Positions 25,510 to 25,866 of a DNA stretch of 25,866 bases are shown piece by piece. Numbering within the stretch: position 1 is the first letter of the stretch; each line of letters opens with the position of its first letter. Below the pieces are notes generated by a model that did no database searches, was not told where the DNA came from, and was given only the letters and a program-made list of their open reading frames with translations. Source of the DNA: Planctomycetota bacterium (GTDB lineage: Bacteria; Planctomycetota; GCA-002687715; DRQF01); contig JAZGFI010000154.1 in NCBI GenBank assembly GCA_036479435.1, forward strand, positions 1 to 25,866. The letters are read 5' to 3'. The position numbers and the translations under genes are program-made.

Positions 25510-25670
25510 TCCGCCAACCGAGTCGGCGCCGTCCGGGTTCGCCTTCCGCGTCTTAGACCAGGGCATCTCCAAAGAACAAGCGATGGCCGAAGCCAAAACC
25601 ATCGGCCTCAGAAAAGAAGGCCACATCAAACGCGCCCAAGACTACGTCAATGGAAAACTGAGATAGGTAA
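25510..25670 (+). repeat. Direct repeat copy 2: displaced, frameshifted 3' fragment of the CX4R lipoprotein gene
   Basis: Encodes SANRVGAV, then after a 1-nt insertion FAFRVLDQGISKEQAMAEAKTIGLRKEGHIKRAQDYVNGKLR*. Confidence 0.95.
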
Positions 25671-25740
25671 GGTTTGGTGGCGCTCGCCCAACAAGAGCGA
25701 TCGACTTGCTCAGAGTTCGACAACTCGTGTGGCCATTCTG

Positions 25741-25866
25741 GATGACGCAACATTTCTTCTGTAATTTCCACGAGCGAGTCATTCCGATCCCATCGCCAAA
25801 TAGATTGTCCCGGTCTCCCATTCCTCGCTTTTCTCAGCGAGCATCGCCGAGACTAGTCTGAGCAAG
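25741..25866 (-). mobile_element. Right end of an IS256-family element
   Basis: A transposase C-terminus followed on the minus strand by GGAAATTACAGAAGAAATGTTGCGTCATC, which resembles IS256-family terminal inverted repeats. Confidence 0.75.
25779..25866 (-). CDS. IS256-family transposase, C-terminal fragment cut by the window edge; not in the ORF track
   Basis: Manual translation gives LLRLVSAMLAEKSEEWETGTIYLAMGSE*, a typical IS256 C-terminus (LLRLV.A.L.E..EEW..G..YL). Confidence 0.8.
   Translation of the reverse strand, partial: LLRLVSAMLAEKSEEWETGTIYLAMGSE

Noticed and set aside
1..25866. CRISPR array, rRNA, tRNA or prophage genes
   Set aside because: No regularly spaced repeats or recognisable sequences of these classes were seen.

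Overview
A GC-rich 25.9-kb bacterial segment bounded by insertion sequences: an IS1380-family element at the left end and the tail of an IS256-family element at the right, so it is probably a whole contig broken at repeats. A Planctomycetota-like host is only an impression. Left to right: the IS1380 sits at a CTAG inside the second gene of a coupled pair of RlaP/YcgL-type Pol-beta nucleotidyltransferases; a CLC Cl-/H+ antiporter gene broken in two places; an orphan heme-copper oxidase subunit III; a small lipoprotein; a ResB-like/ccsA/folE/DUF2203 cluster; two hypothetical exported or membrane proteins separated by a structured intergenic region with a minus-strand terminator; a PMM/PGM coupled to a HEAT-repeat cyclophilin, divergent from a nupC-punA-cdd nucleoside salvage operon; two tandem 466-aa OprO/OprP-family porins; a DUF442-type CX4R lipoprotein; and an HTH-PIN toxin-antitoxin-like module enclosed by a ~160-bp duplication of that lipoprotein gene's 3' end. 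The most interesting signals are (1) the second porin has gained 8 histidines and lost none, several at basic positions, and has its own attenuator-like leader; (2) an islet with no integrase that duplicates a gene 3' end at the active-site codons; (3) a candidate unannotated minus-strand structured RNA at ~12450-12720; (4) the paired nucleotidyltransferases. Family assignments come from motif recognition only; no searches were run.
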